NCBI GenBank assembly: GCA_963829055.1
Contig: CAWHHI010000020.1
Span: 192,001-256,000 of the forward strand
DNA from: an uncultured Gemmatimonadaceae bacterium
GTDB taxonomy: Bacteria; Gemmatimonadota; Gemmatimonadetes; Gemmatimonadales; Gemmatimonadaceae
DNA length: 64,000 bases
Direction of reading: 5' to 3'
Shown: positions 49,828 to 60,393 of the stretch, piece by piece
Position numbering within the stretch: position 1 is the first letter of the stretch
Layout of the letters: each line of letters begins with the position of its first letter
Made by a program: the position numbers and the translations under genes
Notes under the pieces: generated by a model
The model's input: the letters and a program-made list of their open reading frames with translations, nothing else
What the model was told of the DNA's origin: nothing
The model's database searches: none

Positions 49828-51201
49828 CTACCGATTGAACGGCTGCTCCTGAATCCAGTTGAACTTGCGGCTGACCAGATTCAACCGATTCGGGTCGAAG
49901 CGCCGAAGTCGCACGACGAGCGAGTCGGCACCGACCTTCCCCGCCAACACGAGATGCTCGGCGTCTGGTTTCGTGTAGGTCATGGTCCGCCCCTGCTTCG
50001 GATTGAACCGATTCGTGAGCGTGAGCTCCGGCTTGGTGCTGTCCGCCTTCACGGCATAACGCTCCACAGAGTCCGACATTGAGCGGAACACCGCGCGGTT
50101 GAACTCGCCGAACACGACCCGCTTGAGGAGAAGCGAATCCGAGAGGAGCAGTGGTTGGTCGACGCCGTTCTTCGTCAGTGACTCGACGTCCCAGATCCCA
50201 TGGACCGGAAGCTTCGGCGCGTTCGGTCCGGTCAACGTGCGATAGTAGCCGAGTCCTCCGGAGAGGTTCGTGTACATGTTGTAGCCCACGAAGCACGTGA
50301 CGATGACGGTCGCGATGACCCTCGCGCGCCACGTCGAGAACAGCGGTGGCATCACCCGCGGCGCGACGGGCCGGTTGAGCACGAGCGCGTTCAGCAGTCG
50401 CTTCGCGTCGGGCGCGGCGAGGAAGATCGCCATGAGCAGCAGGTGCGTCGAGTACAGCTTGACCGGCACATCGAACGTGTAGTTGAGCAGCACGACGTTC
50501 GCGAGCACGCCGCAGAGCAGGAGCGCGCCTAACGTCGTCGTGCGGCGGAACACCAGCAGGAAGCCGCCGATGGCCTCGCCGAATCCGGTGAAGCTCTGGT
50601 AGATGGCGGAGTGACCCATGAACGCCCAGAGGACGCCCATGGGCGAGAATTCCCCGTACGGCTCGACGAGCCGGTCCAGCATCGGCGCCGGCATCTGCGT
50701 GGGGATGATCTTCGCGAATCCGTAGCCGAACATGATGCTCATGAGCCCGAAGCGGACGTACACCTGCAGCCACTGGCTCAGGCGTCCGTACTCACGTCGC
50801 TTGCGGTCGAGGAGCGTCCAGATGACTGTGATGCCTAACGCGAGCAGCAGGCAGTTCACCAGCGACGCATAGTTCATCATGGTGTCACCGCTGCCGGTCG
50901 GCACGACGGGCACCGGTTTCTCGAGCCCCAGGATGTGCGTCTCGGTCCAGAGCGCGAGCCACTGTTCGCCCTTCCCCCACCAGCGCGCTGGGTTCCATGA
51001 GCCGGGGATGATCCCGAGCGGGAACGGGATCAGGTAGAGCACGAAATACGCGAACAGGAAGCGGAAGCCGATGCGCTTGGCGGCGCTCCACTCCATGGCC
51101 GGCGATGTCGCGGATTCGCCGTTAGGCGATGGCGCACCCTTGGGGCGGATGAACTCGATGGGATCGAGGGTCGTGCGTTCGGGCACCTGCGTGGCGGACA
51201 T
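49828..51201 (-). CDS. DoxX-like membrane protein
   Basis: TGSGDT, YGFAKIIPTQMP, SPMGVLWAFMG and NYTFDVPVK; multiple TM segments. Confidence 0.8.
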   Translation of the reverse strand: MSATQVPERTTLDPIEFIRPKGAPSPNGESATSPAMEWSAAKRIGFRFLFAYFVLYLIPFPLGIIPGSWNPARWWGKGEQWLALWTETHILGLEKPVPVVPTGSGDTMMNYASLVNCLLLALGITVIWTLLDRKRREYGRLSQWLQVYVRFGLMSIMFGYGFAKIIPTQMPAPMLDRLVEPYGEFSPMGVLWAFMGHSAIYQSFTGFGEAIGGFLLVFRRTTTLGALLLCGVLANVVLLNYTFDVPVKLYSTHLLLMAIFLAAPDAKRLLNALVLNRPVAPRVMPPLFSTWRARVIATVIVTCFVGYNMYTNLSGGLGYYRTLTGPNAPKLPVHGIWDVESLTKNGVDQPLLLSDSLLLKRVVFGEFNRAVFRSMSDSVERYAVKADSTKPELTLTNRFNPKQGRTMTYTKPDAEHLVLAGKVGADSLVVRLRRFDPNRLNLVSRKFNWIQEQPFNR

Positions 51202-51335
51202 CAGCGAGGCTCCATGGACGTGGCGACTCGCGAAGCTAGAGTCGTGTCACGCGTCTCGCGAGGGCGACCTGATACGGTTCGTCCCATGTCTGGCGATGGC
51301 GCTGGATCCTGGTGCGACGATGGCGCTGATCCTGG

Positions 51336-51695
51336 ATCGTCGCGCCGGAGCCGGTGGGAACTACGATTGGGCGGATGACACGGAAAACGGCCGGATACGA
51401 CTTTGCATTGACGCTGGCTCTCGCCGGACCCTGAATGAAAAGAGGAACGGCCGCTCGGGACGCGCAGTGCGTCCCGAGCGGCCGTTCCCAAGAAATCCCG
51501 GCTCGTGGCGAGAGGAGCCGGACTCTACCGAGCGCTATCCTGCTTCTTCCGTGTCATCCGCCAAATCGCGGTTCCCACCGGCCCCGCGCAACGATGGCGG
51601 GAGTGCAAAGCCGTATCCGGCAGTTTCGCAGTACAGATCCGCCCAATCGTAGTCCCCACCGGCTCCGGCGCGATGATGCCTGAATGCAAAGCGTC
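51336..51695. repeat. About 75-bp unit present once in reverse (51336-51409) and twice forward (about 51530-51596, 51602-51677)
   Basis: Reverse complement of the left unit (aatgcaaagtcgtatccggc...atccgcccaatcgtagttcccaccggctccggcgcgacgat) matches 51602-51677 closely. Confidence 0.8.
51436..51488 (-). terminator. Probable intrinsic terminator
   Basis: Perfect 20-bp stem ggaacggccgctcgggacgc/gcgtcccgagcggccgttcc, followed on the minus strand by TCTTTTCA. Confidence 0.65.
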
Positions 51696-51745
51696 GCGAC
51701 GAACCATCGCGGCACACCTAACGCCACGCCGACCATACTAACCAG

Positions 51746-53046
51746 CTATGGTGCCGTGACGATAAGCGGCCCGAGCTCGAACTCGATGTTCTCCAGCGGA
51801 CTGAACACGAGGATCGGACCGAAGGCCGTCGTCCCGCCGCCCCAGAGAATCCCGTAGAGCGTCACGTCGTTCGTGAACGCCGCCTGACTCCCGAAGATCG
51901 GGGAACCGCTATCGCCGCCTGCGTTCCCCGACAACACCTCGTCCTGGCACAGCTGAACGATGTCGGTATCCGTGACGCCGACGTCCACACACGTGCGCGA
52001 CGACGGTACCGACCGTCCATCCCGTCGTCCGTCCAATCTTGTCCAGCGTCTCACCGAAGATGGAGAACGGCTGCCGGTCGGTGATCGTGAACGTCGGTTG
52101 CTGGTCATAGATCGTGAGCGGGCCGGATGTCAGACCGCGGAACGTCGTCTGGGCGATCGCGCCGACTCTCGCATCTGTCCCCGAGAAGTACCGCGCGAGG
52201 GATGCGTCGCTGAAGCGGCAGCGGCGGTGGAGATAGCACCCATCGGTGAAGTACTCCGGATCGAGGTGCTCGATCGCGATCAGGTTGGCGGGCAGCGGCG
52301 TCGGCTGGAAAATCTCGGTGTGCTGCACGCCACCCTGCGTCCCGCTGCAGTGCGAGTTCGTGACGAGGTACGTGTCCGAGCTCTGCGCACTACGTGCATT
52401 GAACCCGAGCGTGCAGACGAAGAAGAATCCCGGCGGAAGGTCGGCACTGTTGAACGCGATCTGCAGCCCGCCCACGGTCGGGCGAATCCTGTCGCGCAGC
52501 GTGGCGAGGAATCGGATGGGCTCCGCGTCCTCGACGGTGAACGCATCGGGCGGGACATTGAGCTTGGCGATCTCCGATTCGAAGAGCTCGTGCGACGTTC
52601 CCTTCTCCACACCAATGCGCAGGTGATTGTTCGACTCGTCGATATCGAGGATAGACGAATCTCGGAAGATCGGCCGACTCGCGAATGCGCGTCCGCCAGT
52701 CCGTGAGGCGGACGTAGTCGAACTTCGCCGGGCGTACCTGAATTCGACTGACGTCCACTCCGCGGAACAGGGCTGGGCGCGCCGCAATCGCCTGCTTCGC
52801 CGCGGCGGCCTGGTTCGGGTCGGTCAGGTGGAGGACCGCTGACCCGTCAGGCGCGCGCGATAGCCCGCCGAACCCCGGGACCGTGCGCGCAATCTGCGCG
52901 AACTCGCGATCGAGTCCTCGCAACGCGCGCCGAGCTTGAGGACTCGCGGGCGGCCTGGCGCCGCTGGGTCCGACCGGGTCACTACAGGCGCTGGCGATGA
53001 ACGCCAGCGCGACGACACCGAACCGCGCCGTGGTGCGCGTACGCAT
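51746..53046 (-). CDS. Secreted trypsin-like (S1) serine protease lipoprotein (frameshifts near 52650 and 51990)
   Basis: CTLGF, TNSHC, SDASL, KIGRTTG and GDSGSP; ASAC lipobox. Confidence 0.82.
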
Positions 53047-53545
53047 GGAGCCTTCCTCACCGACGAGGGCCAGGACGCGTGCAGAGACGGCGACCCGCAT
53101 CAGGTCCGTCGGCCCCCGTGCAGCGCGGACCCGCGTGCGCCGAGCTGGCCGCCGAAGGGCCCGCCATGCTATGTGGTGTCCGCTACGGTGTCAAAGTCAG
53201 CCGTTAGGCGGCGCCGCTCCTCAAAGATCAGCCCGCCACGAATACGCGCCTCGTGCCTAACGCTTCCTGGCACACGTATCCGCGAATTCGCGAGGCGAGA
53301 TCCACGATCGCGGCGTGCGCATCGCACCGGATGGGCGGCGACGAGATGCCGCCGGAACCGAGGGCCGCAGCAACGGGCGTCGGACACGGAATCCTTATCG
53401 GCCAAGACGACAGGCGCGCCCACGCGTGCATCCCGTCGCACGGCGCGCCAACCCAGTCAATGGCCCCGCTCGCGGCGGTTGCCGTCTTCGCGGTAAATTC
53501 CGGAGGACGTCGTGATACCCGATGACCCTTACCCTCGAGCGCCAC

Positions 53546-53707
53546 ATGAAACGCAAAGGACCGAGATCGGTTCCGGACTTCTCTCGCAAGCCGAAGGGCA
53601 AGCCGGACGCCGCGCAGGCAGACACCAACGCCCCGCCTCCCAAGCAGGTGGATCGAGTCGTGAAACCCACCACCAAGTCCGGCGGCGCCGGCCGACGCGG
53701 CGGCTGA
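53546..53707 (+). CDS. Small basic hypothetical protein (53 aa)
   Basis: MKRKGPRSVPDFSRKPKG...GRRGG, GC3-rich codons, directly upstream of the DinB-family gene. Confidence 0.5.
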   Translation: MKRKGPRSVPDFSRKPKGKPDAAQADTNAPPPKQVDRVVKPTTKSGGAGRRGG

Positions 53708-53740
53708 CCGCAACTGCACCCTCACTGCCCGGACACTGCG

Positions 53741-54229
53741 ATGAGCTTCGCCGAGTCGCTGCTCCCCGAGTTCGACATGGAGATGGCCAGCACACGCAAG
53801 GCGATCGAGCGTGTGCCATCGGACAAGGGCGCCTGGAAGCCCCACCCAAAATCCTTCTCGCTCGGCCACCTCACGCAGCTCGTCGCAACCATGCCGGGGT
53901 GGATCACGAACATGGCCACGCAACCCGAGCTGGATCTCGCCGCCGCACCGGGCTACAGCCTCCAAAGCACGGAGTCGCTCCTGGCGAGATTCGACAAGCT
54001 CGTCGCCGAAGCGCGCGCGGCGATCGCTGCGTTGAAGGACGCGGACGTCGCAACGCCGTGGTCCCTGAAGCACGGCGAGCGCGTGCTGATGACGTCACCG
54101 CGTGGCGCCACCATCCGGCAGACGATCAACCACCTCATCCACCACCGCGGTCAGCTCACGGTCTACCTGCGTCTGGTGGACGTCCCCGTGCCGTCGATCT
54201 ACGGGCCGACGGCCGACGAGCCATGGTGA
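53741..54229 (+). CDS. DinB/YfiT family protein
   Basis: WKPHPKSFSLG and NHLIHHRGQLTVYLR...PSIYGP. Confidence 0.9.
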   Translation: MSFAESLLPEFDMEMASTRKAIERVPSDKGAWKPHPKSFSLGHLTQLVATMPGWITNMATQPELDLAAAPGYSLQSTESLLARFDKLVAEARAAIAALKDADVATPWSLKHGERVLMTSPRGATIRQTINHLIHHRGQLTVYLRLVDVPVPSIYGPTADEPW

Positions 54230-54231
54230 GC

Positions 54232-54371
54232 TGTCATTCCGAGCGGGTTGTCATTCCGAGCGGAGCGTCAAGCGAGTCGAGGAATCGCGACCATCCGGGT
54301 AGAGAGGCCCCTCTACCAGTACGATCCCGATTCCTCGACTCCGCGCCTCCGGCGCTCCGCTCGGAATGACA
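54232..54371. repeat. REP-like element, type A
   Basis: tgtcattccgagcg x2 ... cgctcggaatgaca, between convergent genes. Confidence 0.88.
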
Positions 54372-54373
54372 AG

Positions 54374-56815
54374 CTACTCCCGCCGCAGCGCCTCCAGCGG
54401 ATCGACGCCGGACGCCCGTCTCGCCGGTAGCCAGCTCGCGAGCGCCGCAACGGCCGTGAGCAGCAGCGGGACGCCGATGAACGTCACCGGATCCACCACG
54501 CTCGATCCGTAGAGAATCCCCCGCAGCAGGCGGCTCGCCCCGAGCGCGCCACCAATCCCGATCGCGGCGCCGATGACCACGAGCGAGAGCCCCTGCTTCA
54601 TGATCATGCCGACGACGTCCGCCGACGCGGCACCGATCGCCATACGAATCCCGATCTCGCGCCGACGCTGACTCACGGTGTACGCCATCACGCCGTACAT
54701 CCCGACGCTCGCCAGTACGAGACCGAGGAGACCGAACACACCGAGTGCCGCACCAGCCAGGCGTGCCGGCATCAGGGCAAGGCCGAGATGCTTGGACATC
54801 GTGCGCACGCTGCTCACCGGCAGCGTCTCATCGAACGCCGTGACGGCCGCACGAAGTGCCGGCGCGACCGCTTCCGGATCGCCGGTAGTGCGAATGACGA
54901 TGTCCATCGCTTCGCTCCAGTGCTGCGCCTGGGCGACGTAGTAGAACGGTGTCGGTGGCTCACCGAGCCGCTGGTACTTGCCGGTGGGCACCACGCCAAT
55001 GACGGTGTGATCCCGTCCTGCATAGCGGACTGTCCGGCCAATGGGACTCGTGCCCGGCCAGTACTTCCTGGCCATCTGCTCGTTCACGACCATCACGCGA
55101 ACCGAAGCGCTGTCGTCCTGCTCGGTGAAGCCGCGCCCCTGTTTGAACTGGATGCCCATCGCCTCGAAGTACCCGGGCGTCACCTGCGTGCGCTGCAGCG
55201 ACATGTTCTCGTTCTTCGCCGGCGTGTATCCCGCGATCTCGACGTAGGAGTCGCTCTCGTTCAGGCCTAATGGGACGATCGCCGTGTAGCCGACGGCCTT
55301 CACGTTCGGCAGCGCCGTCAGTTTCTCACGCAACCGGCGATAGAGCTCCTCACTGCGCGCTCGGTCATAGCCCTGGAGGCCCGGCGCCAGGTTGGCCATC
55401 AGGAGGTTGTCGCTGACGAACCCCTTGTCGACCGTCGTGGCGTTCTGAAGGTCGCGCAGGAAGAGTCCCGCGCTCACGAGCAGCACGATCGAAAGCGCCA
55501 TCTGCGCCACGACCAGCCCCTTGCTCGCGCGCGAGCGCGATTGTCCGGCCGGCGCTTCGCCCTTGAGCGCCGGAATCAATGAAGGACGCGTCGCCTGCAG
55601 TGCCGGCGCGAGTCCGAACAGCAGCCCGGTGATCAGCGACACGCCGAAGGCGAAGGCGACCACCAATGGACTCAGGTGGAGATCGGCGCTGAAGTCCACG
55701 TCCATCGGAATCTGGATCTTGTTGGCGAGGCCGATGACCCACCACGCGAGCGCGATGCCGACGAGTCCCGACGCGCCGGCGAAGAGCAGGCTCTCCGTCA
55801 GCAGCTGCTGCACGAGACGCCCGCGTCGCGCGCCAAGGCTGATTCGGATCGCCATCTCCCGCGCGCGGTCGCGCGCTCGGGCCAGAAAGAGATTCGCCAC
55901 GTTCACGCACGCGATGAGCAGCAGCATGCCGACGACCGCCATGACGACCGACGAGAGTGCGACCTGCGCGCTCTTGAAGGAGGGATGAATCCCCGCCTCG
56001 GACTGCAGCACGAGGTTGATGCCGCTATCGTCGTAGTCCTTGGGATGCTCGGTTCGCAGGCCCGCGATCAGCGCCTTCATGTGCTCGTTCGCCTGCGGCA
56101 CAGTCACGCCGGGCTTGAGGCGCGCGACGATGCTGAACGAGTTGTCGCCACGACTGGTGTACGCCTCACGGTCGCCGGGGATGATGTCGTCGAACTGCGT
56201 GAGCGGGACCCAGAGCGCCGGAATGACCAGCGGTACCGTGCCTCGGAATCCCGCTGGCGTGACGCCGACGATCTGATAGCTGCGGCCGTTCAGGACGAGC
56301 GACTTGCCGACGATTCCGGAGTCCCCGCCGAATGCGTTCTTCCACGTGGACCAGCTGAGCACCGCCACGGGATGCGCGCCACGTCCGCTATCCTCGGCCG
56401 GCACGAACGTGCGACCCAGTGCCGCGTTCACGCCGAGTACCGAGAAGTGATTCGCGCTGGCCATGACCCCGAGCACGCGCTGGTTCCGGCCCCCCGCGGT
56501 GAGGTTCATGCTCTCGAAGCTCCACAGCGACACTCCCGAGAACGTGTCGCCGGACCGGTCGCGCACATCCTGGAAATGCGGGACCGAGTTGGACCCGTAC
56601 AGCATGTCACCGCGGTAGGTGCGGTAGAGCTGAACCAGCTCGTCCGGGGCGCGCGTGCCCGGCAGGGGCCGCAGCAGCAGTCCGTCGATGACGGAGAAGA
56701 CGGCGGTGTTGAGGCCTATCCCGAGCGCGAGCGTCACGACGACGACGCCCGTGAAGACGGGATTCTTGACCAACAGACGGACCGCGTAGCGGAGGTCTTC
56801 GAGCAGCGTGTGCAT
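54374..56815 (-). CDS. ADOP-family duplicated ABC (MacB/FtsX-type) permease
   Basis: EDLRYAVRLL, TLALGIG, LLIACVNVANL, EIGIRMAIGA and DPLEALRRE. Confidence 0.92.
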   Translation of the reverse strand: MHTLLEDLRYAVRLLVKNPVFTGVVVVTLALGIGLNTAVFSVIDGLLLRPLPGTRAPDELVQLYRTYRGDMLYGSNSVPHFQDVRDRSGDTFSGVSLWSFESMNLTAGGRNQRVLGVMASANHFSVLGVNAALGRTFVPAEDSGRGAHPVAVLSWSTWKNAFGGDSGIVGKSLVLNGRSYQIVGVTPAGFRGTVPLVIPALWVPLTQFDDIIPGDREAYTSRGDNSFSIVARLKPGVTVPQANEHMKALIAGLRTEHPKDYDDSGINLVLQSEAGIHPSFKSAQVALSSVVMAVVGMLLLIACVNVANLFLARARDRAREMAIRISLGARRGRLVQQLLTESLLFAGASGLVGIALAWWVIGLANKIQIPMDVDFSADLHLSPLVVAFAFGVSLITGLLFGLAPALQATRPSLIPALKGEAPAGQSRSRASKGLVVAQMALSIVLLVSAGLFLRDLQNATTVDKGFVSDNLLMANLAPGLQGYDRARSEELYRRLREKLTALPNVKAVGYTAIVPLGLNESDSYVEIAGYTPAKNENMSLQRTQVTPGYFEAMGIQFKQGRGFTEQDDSASVRVMVVNEQMARKYWPGTSPIGRTVRYAGRDHTVIGVVPTGKYQRLGEPPTPFYYVAQAQHWSEAMDIVIRTTGDPEAVAPALRAAVTAFDETLPVSSVRTMSKHLGLALMPARLAGAALGVFGLLGLVLASVGMYGVMAYTVSQRRREIGIRMAIGAASADVVGMIMKQGLSLVVIGAAIGIGGALGASRLLRGILYGSSVVDPVTFIGVPLLLTAVAALASWLPARRASGVDPLEALRRE

Positions 56816-56896
56816 GTACCGCCTGCCTGGGACGAATCGTAGTCGGGAAACTCTGGGTGGTCTCCCTACTGCTCGGCCGGCGATCTGGTTTCTGCA

Positions 56897-57035
56897 GTCA
56901 TTCCGAGCGGAGCGAAGCGAGTCGAGGAATCGCGATCGTGATAGGTAGAGGGGGCCCTCTACCCGTATGATCGCGATTCCTCGACTCCGGCCTTCGGCCT
57001 TCGCTCGGAATGACAGCCGCTCGCTCGGAATGACA
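56897..57035. repeat. REP-like element, type A, with duplicated right end
   Basis: gtcattccgagcg...tcgctcggaatgacagccgc x2. Confidence 0.88.
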
Positions 57036-57039
57036 GCCG

Positions 57040-59091
57040 CTACGGGACGACCTTCCGTGGATCGATGCGCACGATCCACAGGCCCGTGACCATGTCGTTG
57101 ACGTACGCCATGCCGTTCTTCACCACCACGCCCCACGTCATTGTCTTGTTAGGCACCACGCCCACCGTATCGGCGGGCAGCATCTCGACGATCGTGCGAC
57201 CCTGCGCCTTGAGGTCGCCGCGCAGCTCGCCCGAGATGTCGAACGCGTGGAAGCCGCCGTTGTACGCGCCCATGTACAGCGTGTCGCCGGCGGTCCAGAC
57301 GTTATGCACGCCGCCGTACTCCGGCTCGTACCACGCCACGGACTTCGGGTGCTCGATGTCGCTCACGTCGATCACCTGCAGGCGTCCGTACGCGCGGATC
57401 GACGAGACATCCCACGTGCCCGTCGGCGCGAAGGGCGGAAACACCTCGTCCGAGATGAAGACGTAGTTCTTGTGACGCCACGCCGTGTGCGTGCCGCTGA
57501 TGAACCCCGGCCCGTAGTCCGCCGTCGCGCCCGGATACAGCGCCTCGGCGTTGTACTTGTAGTTGCTGATGAGTTTCGGCTCCGTCGGGGTCCCGCCTTT
57601 CATCCCGTTCCCGACATCGAGGATCACGAGCCCATCGCTCCAGTACGCGATGTAGGCGATACCGTCCTTCACGTCGATGTCGTGCAGCGCTCGCCCGGCC
57701 CGCGTCTCCTTCGTCTGCCACGTCGCCACGCGCTTCGGCTTGAGCGGGTCGTTGATATCGATGATGTCGAGCGAGCCGGTGCCGCTATTCGTGAGATACA
57801 CGAACGTGCCGTACTTGGCCTGCGTGTTCACGAACGCCGAGTGCACGCCGGCGGTGACGCCGTCGGTGAATTCCGCGACCGCTTTCGGGTGGGCCGGGTC
57901 GGCCGTCGACGCGATGACGATGCCGTTCTTCCGATCGGCCGCGCCCTCGCGCGTGAACACCATCCACTTGCCGTCCTCGGTCGTCATGAGGTCGTTCATC
58001 GACCGCGAGTTCGCCATGATCGAGTCGGTGATCACCGGGTTCGCCGGGTTGCTGACATCGATCGCATAGATGCGGTCCCCGCCTAACGTGGTGCCGAGGT
58101 AGAGGTGTTTTCCGTCGGGGTGGGCCCACACCTCGCTGGTGTAGAACGCACTGCGTGGCAGACGACCCATGACCGTGGCCGTACGGCGCACGTCGCGCGC
58201 GCCTAACGTCACGGTCGCGTCGACGGTCTGTGCGCCAAGCGATGCCGTGACGACGTACGTGCCGGCCACGTTGCCGACGAACGCGCCGCTCTCATCGATC
58301 GTGCCCTGACCCGGGGAGAAGCTCCACGCCGGCGTTAGGCCCGCGAGCGTCTGACCGCGCGCGTCCTTGACGGTGAGCGCGAATCGCACGACGTCGCCCT
58401 GGCGGGCACGCGTGCGCTCGGGCGTGATCGATGCCGTCACGCCGCTGGACGGAATCACGGTGAGCGGGATTGTCGCGGTCGCCCGGGTACCCGTTCCGGC
58501 ACGCGCCGTGATGGCGGTCGTGCCCGCCCCGACCGCGACGACGACACCGTCCGTGACACGCGCGACGCTCGGATTCGCGCTCGTCCACGCGATCGCGTCG
58601 TCGCGCGCGTCCCCTGCGGCCGAGAGTGCGGTCGCGGCAAGCCGAAGGCGCTGACCGACCAGCATCTTCGATACGGCTGGCGTCACGACAACGCGCGCGG
58701 CCGGACCGGGCGTGATATGCACCTCGATCTTCTCGACGATCGGACGACCGCCGGGCACGAGCGCCGACACGGCGACGGGCACGGTTCCGGGCGAGCCGGC
58801 TCGTACCCAGCCTAACGAATCGACCGCGCCCTGGAAGCGTCCGCCCTGCGCGTTGAAGCGCACGATCGCCCCCGGCACGACGTTGCCGCGCGTGTCCAGC
58901 GCCTGCACCACGAGCTGGAGTGAGTCGCCGACCGCGATAGTCCGGACCGCCGGCGTGATGCGGACGCGCTCGACGGCCGCACCTGGCGTTTGCGCGGAGA
59001 GAATCGCCGGCGCCGCCAATCGAACAAGCAACGCAGTGACGGCACTCGGGCCGGAGAGCCTGGAAAGCCGAAGCATGATCGTTGGGGTCAT
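57040..59091 (-). CDS. Secreted Ig-like-domain plus LVIVD-repeat protein
   Basis: WTSANPSVARV Ig-like segments; GLVILDV, RLQVIDVSD and GGFHAFDISG repeats. Start at 59091 or 59076. Confidence 0.78.
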   Translation of the reverse strand: MTPTIMLRLSRLSGPSAVTALLVRLAAPAILSAQTPGAAVERVRITPAVRTIAVGDSLQLVVQALDTRGNVVPGAIVRFNAQGGRFQGAVDSLGWVRAGSPGTVPVAVSALVPGGRPIVEKIEVHITPGPAARVVVTPAVSKMLVGQRLRLAATALSAAGDARDDAIAWTSANPSVARVTDGVVVAVGAGTTAITARAGTGTRATATIPLTVIPSSGVTASITPERTRARQGDVVRFALTVKDARGQTLAGLTPAWSFSPGQGTIDESGAFVGNVAGTYVVTASLGAQTVDATVTLGARDVRRTATVMGRLPRSAFYTSEVWAHPDGKHLYLGTTLGGDRIYAIDVSNPANPVITDSIMANSRSMNDLMTTEDGKWMVFTREGAADRKNGIVIASTADPAHPKAVAEFTDGVTAGVHSAFVNTQAKYGTFVYLTNSGTGSLDIIDINDPLKPKRVATWQTKETRAGRALHDIDVKDGIAYIAYWSDGLVILDVGNGMKGGTPTEPKLISNYKYNAEALYPGATADYGPGFISGTHTAWRHKNYVFISDEVFPPFAPTGTWDVSSIRAYGRLQVIDVSDIEHPKSVAWYEPEYGGVHNVWTAGDTLYMGAYNGGFHAFDISGELRGDLKAQGRTIVEMLPADTVGVVPNKTMTWGVVVKNGMAYVNDMVTGLWIVRIDPRKVVP

Positions 59092-59096
59092 CGCGA

Positions 59097-60084
59097 CTAC
59101 CGCAGAGTAGAGCTGTCGGCAGAACGCCCAGCCGCCTTCCGCCCGATGTCGACTGCCTTGAAGCCGGCCTCGCCCCAGTTGATGACGAAGACGCTGAAGC
59201 CCTGCTGCATGCGCGCTTCGATGTCCGTGGCCGTTGCCGGGTAGCCGCACGCGACGTTGAACTCCTTGCACGCCGCGAGCACCTGCTGGATCGCGGCCTC
59301 CCACCCTTTCTCGTCGAACACGCGCTGCCCGTTCGCGTCGGTCGCAGTGAACACCCCGCGTAGCGTGCCGGCTCCCGGGAACAACACGCCGATCCCCTTC
59401 ACCGCCGCGATCTCCCTGACGCGAGCGAGTCCGGCCTTGCTCTCGACGATGGTGAAGTTGACGAGCTCACCCTTCGGGTCGAGCGGCCAGACGTCGGCCT
59501 TCTCCTTGTACTCCTTCTCGCTCATGCCCCAGTAGGCTGGCGCGCTACCGACGTTGTCGGAGCGCGTGCCGCCCTTCGACTTGAAGCGCATGGCGGCAAG
59601 CCCGGTCTTCACTTCCTCGGGGCTCTCGACGCCGACGAACACCACACCGCTCACGCCGAGGTCGAGCTGCTTGCCGATGTCCGCGACTGCCTTTGCGGGG
59701 TCGGGCGCGATCTCGTGCATCTTCACGAAGAGCGGATGATGGAAGCGCGCCGCCGCCCCCTTCGCGACCATGCCGCCCTCGGCGATCCCCTTCGCGAATT
59801 CGGCGTACGCGGGATAGGCGCGATCGAAGTCGCCTTCCATGCTGCCATCGAAGAGATAGTCGGCGGTCGTGTAGCCTAACGCGTCCTTGGCCAGCTCGGA
59901 CTGCGACTTCGGCTTCACGGTGTCGGCCGTCGTCGCGGCACCCGGGCGGGCACGCGGATTCCGCGGGCCATACACGCCGAACACGGGCTTCTTGCTGGGC
60001 GAGGAGATCGACGACCGGATTCAAATGACGCAGCGACTGCAGGAGCACCACGCACGCTACCGACACCGCACGCCATCGTGACAT
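59097..60084 (-). CDS. HpcH/HpaI aldolase/citrate lyase family protein (frameshift near 60000)
   Basis: LDLGVSGVVF, AAMRF, IVESKAG...EIAAVKGIGVLFPGAGTL and QVLAACK. Confidence 0.78.
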
Positions 60085-60393
60085 GCACGCCGACTCGCAT
60101 AGACTCAATCCCTGGGCGAAAGACGTAAGGCGCGGTCAGTGCGCGGGTTCGTCGGAGCCAAGTATCTCGTCACAGACTCGGCGGCCGTCGGCCAGACCCG
60201 CGGCCGCCACGGATCCGCGGCAGCATGGCGCAGTCACTCAGTACCGAGGTACTCAGTCGTCGAGTCATCAGTCATCAGTCGGAGTCTGTCGGTTGGTAGT
60301 ACGATCTCGTCGGACCAGCGAGCCTGTTCGGTACATGTACGGGCCGATTGTATCGACGGGCGACTGGACGAGCATCGGACGCATGTTGGTCGT

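Noticed and set aside
53203..53261. GTTAGGC...GCCTAAC pair as an attC
   Set aside because: The order is the reverse of an attC (RYYYAAC must come first) and no L boxes are present.
36675..57035. CRISPR array from the recurring GTCATTCCGAGCG repeats
   Set aside because: Copies are dispersed and inverted, with no regular unique spacers and no cas genes.
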